This document shows positions 9,235 through 17,562 of a stretch of DNA of 57,123 nt, one piece after another (within the stretch, counting starts at the first letter, position 1; every line of letters begins with the position of its first letter). The notes beneath the pieces are model-generated. The model did no database searches, was not told the origin of the DNA, and was given only the letters and a program-made list of their open reading frames with translations. Source of the stretch: Candidatus Zipacnadia bacterium (GTDB lineage: Bacteria > Armatimonadota > Zipacnadia > Zipacnadales > Zipacnadaceae); NCBI GenBank assembly GCA_029819875.1, contig JALGVG010000004.1, forward strand, positions 1 to 57,123. Direction: 5' to 3'. The translations under genes were made by a program, and so were the position numbers.

Positions 9235-10362
9235 CTACACGATCCGCGACAGCAGACTGCGGTGCACGGCGATGGCGTCTTGGGGACAGGCCTCCATGCA
9301 GCAAAAACACTCGATGCACTTGCGGTAGTCGATTACCGCGTAGTCGTCTACAGTAATGGCATCCGCCGGGCAAACCTGGGCACATCCCCCGCACGCTATA
9401 CAACGCCGGCGGCGTACCCGGGGCCGGACATAGATGAACCTGCTGCCTGCTCGTCCCAGCCACGGCGGCAGGTTGCGCATCAGCCCGGGCGGCCTGGCGA
9501 ACCTGATGCGCAAGGCGCCCAGGTCAGCACCCGTCACTGCTATATGCTGCCGGTCTGCCGTACCCCAGCCACTTTCCGCAGCGAGCGGCGTGCTCAGCAC
9601 CTCGCCCGGCCGGAAGCCGACCAGCATCTCCGTCACGGCATCCAGTGCCACGCCATCCGCCGAGGCCGCCACCACGCCCCAGCGGCGTACCCGCCCTTGA
9701 CTGGGTCCGGAGCCGTCCATTACCCAAACGGCATCCAGGATGTTCAGGTGCGGCACGAACGCCCCGTAAATATCGGCCACCGAGCCACTGAGGGCCTTGA
9801 ACGTCCCCAGAGCGTGGACCTCGATACGTTGACGCGGTGCCAACCCGCCGAACATGTTTTTCACGGCACCCGTGTACACTGTCTGAACGTGGGTCTTGCA
9901 CTTGGGCAGGTTTATTACTACATCGACTTCACGCAGCAAGTTCGCAGTGTGGATGTATTCCCAGCAGTGAAAGCGGGGCAGGCGCACAGCAGAATAGCCG
10001 GCCGCGCCCAGCAATTGGAATTCGACATCCAGGCCCTTGCAGGCCTCCACGTAACCGGCCTCAGCAAAGACATGACCGGCCCGGCCGGTAAGGTAGTAGG
10101 TCGGCTGATCTGCCACGATAATCTTGCCGCCGGCCTCCGCTACGATCTCGGCGACTGCGCGCAACAGGGCCGGGTGGGTGCACACCGCCTTTTCCGGCGG
10201 CCGAGGAGTGACAATGTTGGGTTTAAGCAGTACAATCTGGCCGCCCCGCAGCAGCTTGGAGCTGTCCGGGACCGCCTCCACCGCCTTGCGCACCGCCCGG
10301 CGCAGCTCATCCAAGTTGTACGTGGAACAGCTCTGCAACGCGACGGTAGCTGGCTGTAGCAT
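9235..10362 (-). CDS. DUF362 domain protein with C-terminal 2x[4Fe-4S] ferredoxin motif
   Basis: CIACGGCAQVCP...CIECFCCMEACP cysteine clusters after a DUF362-like body. The start is uncertain (ATG 10362, 10380 or 10434). Confidence 0.8.
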   Translation of the reverse strand: MLQPATVALQSCSTYNLDELRRAVRKAVEAVPDSSKLLRGGQIVLLKPNIVTPRPPEKAVCTHPALLRAVAEIVAEAGGKIIVADQPTYYLTGRAGHVFAEAGYVEACKGLDVEFQLLGAAGYSAVRLPRFHCWEYIHTANLLREVDVVINLPKCKTHVQTVYTGAVKNMFGGLAPRQRIEVHALGTFKALSGSVADIYGAFVPHLNILDAVWVMDGSGPSQGRVRRWGVVAASADGVALDAVTEMLVGFRPGEVLSTPLAAESGWGTADRQHIAVTGADLGALRIRFARPPGLMRNLPPWLGRAGSRFIYVRPRVRRRRCIACGGCAQVCPADAITVDDYAVIDYRKCIECFCCMEACPQDAIAVHRSLLSRIV

Positions 10363-10484
10363 GGGCCAAATATACCACATTTTGGTGGCCGTGTCCCGAT
10401 TTGGAAGGTGTGTTGGTGCCAAATGAAGAATCACTACACAGTGTCCGGCGGATTCGGCACATTGGTATTGGGTGGCGGGTAGTA

Positions 10485-11159
10485 GTGCAGGATCATCGCG
10501 AATTGGTAATTCTGATACTGCAAAAGCGCCTTGAAAAGGCCAAAACGCGGCTTTCCAGTGTGCTGGATGACAACACGCGTGAGGCCCTTACCTTGGCGCT
10601 GCTGCGTCGCACCCTGAAAGTTTGCCGCCAGGTGAAGGAAGCTACGCACATTATGCTGTGCGCTCCGGGCAGCTTGCAGTACCTGGCCGACCAATTCGGA
10701 GCCGAGCTTGCTACCGGCGGCGATGAGGGCATGCGCCGCGACATATGCGCGTGCGCTCATCAGGTTTGGAGCCAGTACCAGGCTGCCTTGCTGATCGTCT
10801 CCTCAGACCTGCCGTTGATGCAAGTGGAGGACATTGAACAGATCACAGCGGCCTGGCGCGGGGGCGCCGAGGTCGTTATCGCTCCCGACCGCAGGCAACG
10901 GGGCACCAATGTAATGCTGGTCAATAACCCCGAACACTTCGAATATGCCTTCGGGGAAGTACTAGGTCCGGGCAGCTTCCATACGCACAAGCGCCGGGCG
11001 CAAGAGCTGGGATTAACTGTGACAATCATCTATAATCCACACCTTGCATTGGACTTGGACCTGCCGGCTGACCTGGCTGCTTTTTTCAGGGAAGCACCTG
11101 ACGACCCACTGGCCCAGTTCTGCAGGTCGCGCGCCGATGACGTGTTCAGATTTGAATGA
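10485..11159 (+). CDS. CofC/FbiD-like (2-phospho-L-lactate guanylyltransferase family) nucleotidyltransferase
   Basis: Family blocks seen: KRLEKAKTRLSSVLDD..R..L; SSDLPL; RRQRGTNVM; AFG..SF..H; ALDLDLPADL. The start is uncertain (ORF opens at 10401; GTG 10485 follows GGTGGCGGG). Confidence 0.6.
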   Translation: MQDHRELVILILQKRLEKAKTRLSSVLDDNTREALTLALLRRTLKVCRQVKEATHIMLCAPGSLQYLADQFGAELATGGDEGMRRDICACAHQVWSQYQAALLIVSSDLPLMQVEDIEQITAAWRGGAEVVIAPDRRQRGTNVMLVNNPEHFEYAFGEVLGPGSFHTHKRRAQELGLTVTIIYNPHLALDLDLPADLAAFFREAPDDPLAQFCRSRADDVFRFE

Positions 11160-11223
11160 AAAAAGAGCTGTCTTGTGGTAATATACCTTTCACGAAACTA
11201 CCCATAGTATGGAGGCGAACATC

Positions 11224-12495
11224 ATGGCTCAACAGTTGGCGATTGATGGTGGCGAACCAATTTGTACTGAACCATTCCCACCATGGCCCTACTTCACGCC
11301 CGAGATGATCGAGGCGGCTACCGAGCCGCTGAAATCGGGCAAGTGCAACTACTGGACCGGTCCGTTAGGAATGGAATTCGAGCAGAAGTTCGCCGAATGG
11401 TGCGGAGCCAAGTACGGCATCAGCACCAGCAGCGGCACGTCCGCCCTGCACACGGCCCTCGGCGGCCTGGGAATCGGGCCCGGCGACGAGGTAATCGTCC
11501 CCTCGTACACCTTCATTGCCTCCTCGATGGCAATCGTACAGGCGGGCGCAATCCCCGTGTTCGCCGACGTGGAACCGCAATCCCATACGCTCAGCGCCGA
11601 GGACGTGGAGGCAAAGATATCGGACCAGACCCGTGCCATAATAGTAGTTCACCTGTATGGCGAAGTCGCCGACATGGATGCCATCAACGCCGTAGCCCAA
11701 AAGCATGGTCTGCTGGTGATAGAGGATGCCGCCCAGGCGCACGGCGCCACCTACAAGGGCAATAAGGTTGGCACCATCGGCGATATCGGCTGCTTCAGCT
11801 TCTGTCAGAGCAAGACCATAACCACCGGTGGCGAGGGAGGCTGCGTGATAACCGATGACGAGGACGTGGCCTGGGAATGCCGGGCGTTCAGGGATCACGG
11901 CTATGATGTCCAACTGCGCCTCAAGCTCCTGGAACTGGAGGCCAGGCTCCCGTACATCCACAAGTCCGTCGGCTTCAATTTCCGGATGACTGAAATGCAG
12001 TCGGCAATCGGCCTGGAAGCGCTCAAGATCATCGACACCTGGAATTTGCCTAATCGCCGCCGAAACGGCGAGTACCTCATACAGCGTCTCAAGGACATCC
12101 CGCAAATCATCAGGCTGCCCATCCACAACGAGGAAAGACAGAACGGATTCTGGTTGTTCCCTATCATCGTGGACATTGATGCACTAACCTGCGACATCAA
12201 GCAACTAGGTGCAGCCCTAACCGCCGAAGGCATTCCCAACGGCCCGGTGATGTGGCCCCAGTCATACAAGGAGGCATGCTACGCGGAACACAACGGCTTT
12301 GGGCCGCTCAAATACCCGTTCAAGGCGCCATATGCGCGCCCGGAGGCTGTGGACTACAAGAATTGCTACTGTCCCAATGCCGCGTGGGTCGAGGAGCGTT
12401 GTTTCTGGGTACCCACGCATCCGACTTATGAGCTGGAACACATGAAGCTGATTGCAGACGGGATTGAGAAGGTCATCACTGCATACGCCAAGTAA
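11224..12495 (+). CDS. DegT/DnrJ/EryC1/StrS family PLP-dependent aminotransferase
   Basis: GGAGG lies 8 nt before ATG 11224. GTSALHTALGGLGIGPGDEVIVPSYTFIAS and FSFCQSKTITTGEGG (PLP-Lys region) are present. Confidence 0.85.
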   Translation: MAQQLAIDGGEPICTEPFPPWPYFTPEMIEAATEPLKSGKCNYWTGPLGMEFEQKFAEWCGAKYGISTSSGTSALHTALGGLGIGPGDEVIVPSYTFIASSMAIVQAGAIPVFADVEPQSHTLSAEDVEAKISDQTRAIIVVHLYGEVADMDAINAVAQKHGLLVIEDAAQAHGATYKGNKVGTIGDIGCFSFCQSKTITTGGEGGCVITDDEDVAWECRAFRDHGYDVQLRLKLLELEARLPYIHKSVGFNFRMTEMQSAIGLEALKIIDTWNLPNRRRNGEYLIQRLKDIPQIIRLPIHNEERQNGFWLFPIIVDIDALTCDIKQLGAALTAEGIPNGPVMWPQSYKEACYAEHNGFGPLKYPFKAPYARPEAVDYKNCYCPNAAWVEERCFWVPTHPTYELEHMKLIADGIEKVITAYAK

Positions 12496-12633
12496 CAGGC
12501 TGCGGAGAACGCAACATCGGGCCGGCTGTCCGCTTGCGTGGACCATCCTTGCGGTAAGCAGTACAGCTCAGCCTCCGGCAGGGACGGCCGGCGGTGAGAT
12601 GGCAAGAGGCATTATCGACAGTGGGGAGATGCC

Positions 12634-15600
12634 GTGATGAAGCGTGATTGGACAATGCCAGTACGCCTGGCAGGCATAATAGCAGGCCTCATGCTGATAG
12701 TAACCGGCGCGGCAGAGGCCAAAACGGACTTTGCCAAGCTGGCAACCCAGGTGAGCGAGGCGCGCCTGAAGCAGGATATGCGCTTCTTTGTCTCTCTGGG
12801 CTCGCGGGTATCAGGCTACCCGGGCAATGCGCGGGCTGCCGATTACATCATCAACGAGTTCAAGCGCCTGGGCATTGAAACCCTCGTCCAGGAATTCGAC
12901 CTCCCCACACCGCTGGACCAAGGCGCTCAACTGCGCATCGGCGACAAGACCTACCAGTTGTCGTGCTTGTGGCCCAACCTGGTCCGCACCTCCCAGGTGC
13001 CCAGCCAAGGCATCAAGGGCAATGTACTGTACGTCGGTCGTGGCAATCTCGCTGACTACAACGGCAAGCAGGTAGCCGGCTCAATTGTGCTGATAGACTT
13101 CAATACAGGCCAAAACTGGCTCAACGCGCCCTTGCTGGGAGCGGCGGCTGTCATCTTCATCGAGCCGCAAACCACCACCCGCGGCGAGGCGGAGATGAAG
13201 TTCCTGCGCGTGCCGGTCAACGTTCCTCGTTTCTATATCCGCGCCGATGACGCAGACGACATCCTCGCCGCCGTCGTCCAGGGCGATGTGACCGGCGTGC
13301 TGACGGCCAACCAAACCTGGGTAAACAGTGTCAATCGAAACATTATTGGAATTATTCCCGGCACCGATCCGCAGCTTAGCAAGGAAGCCATGATTATCGA
13401 GGCATACTATGACTCGATCTCGGTGGTGCCGCGCCTCTCGCCCGGTGCCGAGAATGCCGTCGGCATCTGCGCCTTGCTGGAGATGGCACGCCTGCTTGCA
13501 GAGAATCCACCCAAGCGTACCGTGATACTGCTGGCAACCAGCGGGCACTTCGAGGCGCTGGCCGGCGCGCGCGAGTTTGTCGCGATGTGGGGCCGGGAGC
13601 CGCGCAAGGCGCGCGACCGCTACAAGCAGCTTGATAAGCTCAACAGGCAGCTTGCCGATCTGCAGCGCCAAAAGCAGCAACTGGCCAAGGCCATAGCCGA
13701 AGCCAAGTCACCGAGGGCCGGCGGCGGGCTGGGACAGGTAGCCCGCACCAAGGGCATGGTCGCCATCGGGCAGCTCGAAATCACCTTGCCCAACGCGCTG
13801 CAGCGGGACAAGCGCCTGGAGCGTGATATCGCCCGCAAACAAAATGAAATAAGAATCTGGAAGCGACTGGACCAGTTCGACAAGATAAAGATGTTCATCG
13901 GCCTGGACCTAAGCACCAAGAGTCGCACGCTTGGCGTGTTCAATGTCGGCTCCTACTATCAACAGGTCCAATTCCTCCGCTTCTACTCTCCCGTCGGCAA
14001 GCAATTCGCGGTCCGTGCCAAACAAGCCGCCCTCGCACTGGGTATCACCCCCTCCGAGGCGTTTGTAGACGGCATCAATCCAATCAAGGGCCGCGACTGG
14101 ACCACGTTCTTCCCCGGCAGGGTAGCATTCGACCACGAGATGGCCATCCGCGGGGGGCGGCCCGGCATCCTGTTTGCAACGGTCAACGACGGCCGTTCCG
14201 TGGTTGATACGCCGCTGGATACCTACGAGCATCTCAACCTGCCCAACATGTATGCGCAGATACGCCTGCTTTACGGCTTGCTGGTCGACTTCTTCAACGA
14301 TGAGACATTAAGTCAGCAAGCGCTCAAGCGCGTTGACGCGCTGAAAAAACTGGGCGAACTGGTTGACATCAACGGAACGGTGCTGGAATTTAGGCGGCGC
14401 GAAAGTTTCGTACCCAATACGCCTGTCCCCAACGCCTTGGTGCTCGTGCAGGGCGGCTCGCGGATGATGCTCGGAGTCCACACCACGGTAATGACGATGG
14501 CCAACGAGACGAGCGAATTTACGCTCCGCGGCGAGGGGGCCACCGGACTGCGCCTGCTGGAAGCATATCGTTTCGATCCGCGCAACGGCAATATCGTCTA
14601 CGCACCTGACTTGGGGCCCGACGGCGAGGGCAAGTATCCTCGCGCCGTTCAGGGACGGGCCGGCCTCAAGCGCCCGATCATCGTGTTCCGATGTGCCAGC
14701 ATTGACATATTCGACCTGATAGACGAGCGCTATTTCCAGAGCCTGCAGACGCTGTTTGTCTATGACGCCAAGGACTTCAGTGAGCCGGTCTCGTACGGCT
14801 ACTCGCTGCCACAGCCGCCGGGTGCCACTGAATTCCCCTCCTATGTCGAGCCCTGTGCCGTGGTCTACGCGCCTCCGGATACGCGCGCGCAGATAACCAT
14901 GGGGATGGGGCTGCTGGGCGTGCGCATGGTGCTGATAAATGCCTCGGCCGACAAGCCGACCGGGGCCGGCTTTTTGGCCTCGAGTACTCCGCGTATCACG
15001 CTCACTCCCTTGCAAGTAGCCAAGGACATGTGGCTTATCGACGAAGACCGCATGCGCCGGTTGCAAGAGCGGGGAGTAATCGGCGGTGGCGCACGCAAGG
15101 GCGGCAAGCCAGGGCGCCAGGGACGCCTTGAAGAGCTGCATGCCTTGGCAAAGGCCTCCTTGGATGCCGCCGCAGAGGCTCTTGCCGCTCGCCAATATGA
15201 TAAGGTCATCGCCGCGGCCCGCCATGCGTGGGGTTACGAATCACGCGCTTACCCGGACGTACAAAAAACCGCCCTGGATGTAGTGAAGGGTGTGCTGTTC
15301 TATCTGGCGATGCTGCTTCCGTTTGCCTACTTCGGCGAACGCCTGCTTATCGCCTCGCGCACCATCATCGGCCAGATCGTCGGCACCCTCGTCGTGTTTG
15401 TAATCGTCTTCATCATACTGGCCATGGTACATCCGGCTTTCAAGCTGACTGCTACGCCGCCCATCATCCTGCTTGCCTTTATCATCATGGCGCTGGCGGT
15501 ATTGGTTATCGGCATTGTTACTGCGAAATTCAACGAAGAGCTCAAGGCCATGAAGCAATCCCGCGGTGGGGTGCACGAGGCTGACGTGGGACGCCTGTCG

Positions 15601-17394
15601 GCCACCGCCGCCGCCTTTCACCTGGGAATCGCTAACATGCGTCGTCGCAAGGCGCGGACCGCCTTGACCGCGGCAACGCTGATTATCCTGACGTTCACGG
15701 TGCTGAGCTTTACCGCTGTCAAGTCCCAAATCCGCACCAATCGCATCCAGCTGCCATACCCACCGGCATATCAGGGAATAATGCTGCGCGACCGGGCATG
15801 GCTGCCTTTGGAAGCCCCCACGGCCGACATTATCGCCAATTCGGTGGGGAAAGATGCTGTTGTATCGCCCCGTGCCTGGTACATCAGTGCGGACATCCAA
15901 AAAGAGCTGATGATTGATGTCTCGCTGACGGAAACACCAACCACGGTCTACACCATCAACGCGATACTGGGTCTGTCGGCCCAGGAGGCCAAGGTGCTGG
16001 ATATCAAGCAGGCACTGGTGGCAGGCCGCTGGCTGCAGCCGGGCGAGAAAAATGTGGCATTGCTGCCGGTAACGGTAGCCAGTGGGCTGGGCATAACCAG
16101 CGAGGACGTGGGCCGCGTCTGGATAACTGTGTTCGGAACCAATTTCCGGGTTATCGGCTTGCTGTCGGAGGACCGTCTGCGACGCTTGAAGGATCTCGAC
16201 GGCGAGGCACTGATGCCCGTCAACTATGCCTTGCTCAGGCCCGAGATCATCAAGGAGCTCCAGCGTCAGGCTCAACAACGCTCGCAGCTGGGAACGACCA
16301 GCGCCCAGTCGCTGCTGCAGGAATACAAGCATTACGGGCCTGAAAAGATCATCGTGCTTCCCTACAACACGATCCTGGAAATGGGCGGCACCTTGCGATC
16401 GGTGGCCGTTCGCTACCCCAGCTCCGAGGCGGTGGCGCCCGTCATCAAGGACATGATGAAGCGCTTTGCCCTCAGCCTCTACACGGGCATGGGGCCGATC
16501 ACCTACTTGTTCAGCTCGGTGGGTACAACAGCCCTGACAGGGATGGAGACGCTGGTCATCCCCATCCTCATCGCCGCCCTGATAGTGTTGAACACGATGC
16601 TGGGCGCCGTGTACGAGCGGACGCGCGAAATCGGTATCTACAGCTCGCTGGGGCTGGCCCCCTCTCACATCGGCGCCCTGTTCCTGGCCGAAGCGGCGGT
16701 GTTCGCCAACCTCGGAGCCATTATCGGATACCTTATCGGTCAAATCCTGGCACGAATCCTGTTCGCCACCGGCAACACGGGGGGCATCGAACTGAACTAT
16801 TCGTCAACCGCAGCCGTGGCCGTTACAATCGTCGTGATGGTTACCGTGCTGCTGTCTACGCTCTATCCGTCACGCAAGGCTTCCGAGATAGCCTCTCCCG
16901 GTATCGAGCGCAAGTGGAGCCTGCCCGAACCTGAGGGCGACTACATGCATATCCGCTTGCCGTTCACCGTCACGGGACGCGATGCATACGGTGTCGTGGC
17001 CTTCCTCAAGGAATACTTCGACCAATACGTCGGTTACGCAGGGGGAGAATTCCTCGCCGAGAACGTCCACGTGCAGCCAATACGCGCCGAAAACGGCACC
17101 GGGCTCACCGTAAAGCTGAGAATGTGGCTGGCGCCGTACGACCTGGGGGTGAGCCAAGACTTTGAGCTGGTGTGCTCACCCACCGGCGATGAGGATATCT
17201 TCGAGATATTCATCCACCTGCATCGCCTGGCCGGGGACATAACCTCGTGGAAAAAGACCAACACGTTGTTCATGGCGTCCGTGCGCAAACAGTTCCTCAT
17301 CTGGCGCACTGTGCCTGTCAACGAAAAAGCAGCCTACGCCGAGCGGGCCGAAACGCTTCTGGAGGATACTGCCGAGGCGCTCCAGCAGGCCTGA
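12634..17394 (+). CDS. 1,586-aa fusion protein: signal peptide + PA/M28 peptidase-like ectodomain + multi-TM region + FtsX/MacB-type permease module + C-terminal cytoplasmic domain
   Basis: Single ORF; GGGGAG precedes GTG-ATG at 12634/12637. M28-like blocks are NIIGIIPG...AYYDS...GAENAVGICALLEMARLL. FtsX blocks are RRRKARTALTAATLIILTF and VYERTREIGIYSSLGLAPSHIGALFLAEAAVFANLGAIIGYLIGQ. Confidence 0.85.
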   Translation: MMKRDWTMPVRLAGIIAGLMLIVTGAAEAKTDFAKLATQVSEARLKQDMRFFVSLGSRVSGYPGNARAADYIINEFKRLGIETLVQEFDLPTPLDQGAQLRIGDKTYQLSCLWPNLVRTSQVPSQGIKGNVLYVGRGNLADYNGKQVAGSIVLIDFNTGQNWLNAPLLGAAAVIFIEPQTTTRGEAEMKFLRVPVNVPRFYIRADDADDILAAVVQGDVTGVLTANQTWVNSVNRNIIGIIPGTDPQLSKEAMIIEAYYDSISVVPRLSPGAENAVGICALLEMARLLAENPPKRTVILLATSGHFEALAGAREFVAMWGREPRKARDRYKQLDKLNRQLADLQRQKQQLAKAIAEAKSPRAGGGLGQVARTKGMVAIGQLEITLPNALQRDKRLERDIARKQNEIRIWKRLDQFDKIKMFIGLDLSTKSRTLGVFNVGSYYQQVQFLRFYSPVGKQFAVRAKQAALALGITPSEAFVDGINPIKGRDWTTFFPGRVAFDHEMAIRGGRPGILFATVNDGRSVVDTPLDTYEHLNLPNMYAQIRLLYGLLVDFFNDETLSQQALKRVDALKKLGELVDINGTVLEFRRRESFVPNTPVPNALVLVQGGSRMMLGVHTTVMTMANETSEFTLRGEGATGLRLLEAYRFDPRNGNIVYAPDLGPDGEGKYPRAVQGRAGLKRPIIVFRCASIDIFDLIDERYFQSLQTLFVYDAKDFSEPVSYGYSLPQPPGATEFPSYVEPCAVVYAPPDTRAQITMGMGLLGVRMVLINASADKPTGAGFLASSTPRITLTPLQVAKDMWLIDEDRMRRLQERGVIGGGARKGGKPGRQGRLEELHALAKASLDAAAEALAARQYDKVIAAARHAWGYESRAYPDVQKTALDVVKGVLFYLAMLLPFAYFGERLLIASRTIIGQIVGTLVVFVIVFIILAMVHPAFKLTATPPIILLAFIIMALAVLVIGIVTAKFNEELKAMKQSRGGVHEADVGRLSATAAAFHLGIANMRRRKARTALTAATLIILTFTVLSFTAVKSQIRTNRIQLPYPPAYQGIMLRDRAWLPLEAPTADIIANSVGKDAVVSPRAWYISADIQKELMIDVSLTETPTTVYTINAILGLSAQEAKVLDIKQALVAGRWLQPGEKNVALLPVTVASGLGITSEDVGRVWITVFGTNFRVIGLLSEDRLRRLKDLDGEALMPVNYALLRPEIIKELQRQAQQRSQLGTTSAQSLLQEYKHYGPEKIIVLPYNTILEMGGTLRSVAVRYPSSEAVAPVIKDMMKRFALSLYTGMGPITYLFSSVGTTALTGMETLVIPILIAALIVLNTMLGAVYERTREIGIYSSLGLAPSHIGALFLAEAAVFANLGAIIGYLIGQILARILFATGNTGGIELNYSSTAAVAVTIVVMVTVLLSTLYPSRKASEIASPGIERKWSLPEPEGDYMHIRLPFTVTGRDAYGVVAFLKEYFDQYVGYAGGEFLAENVHVQPIRAENGTGLTVKLRMWLAPYDLGVSQDFELVCSPTGDEDIFEIFIHLHRLAGDITSWKKTNTLFMASVRKQFLIWRTVPVNEKAAYAERAETLLEDTAEALQQA

Positions 17395-17562
17395 GGGCCC
17401 GGCACAAGCATGGGTGGGGAAAAGAAAACGTGGGCTTGCCTTCGCAAGATTGCCCGGCGGGCTTCTGCCTTCGCTGGAGGGCTGCCGCCGGCCACTGCTT
17501 CACTTGCTGTGCGCTGCGCATATGCGCCACCCGTTGCTTATGTGACAGCAATCTGCCCGCTC

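Noticed and set aside
7968-10359. 329-aa minus-strand ORF (7968..8957) and 365-aa plus-strand ORF (9262..10359)
   Set aside because: They are antisense to the MDR/SDR genes and to the DUF362 gene respectively. Their composition is Arg/Gly/Ala/Pro-rich and unlike real proteins.
15241-16743. 500-aa minus-strand ORF
   Set aside because: It is antisense to the FtsX-module part of the giant gene. The product is Gly/Arg/Gln/His/Asp-rich with no domain signature.
17516-17527. 12-nt perfect palindrome GCGCATATGCGC in the convergent spacer after the giant gene
   Set aside because: It is short, has no flanking U-tract or partner site, and could easily arise by chance in GC-rich DNA.
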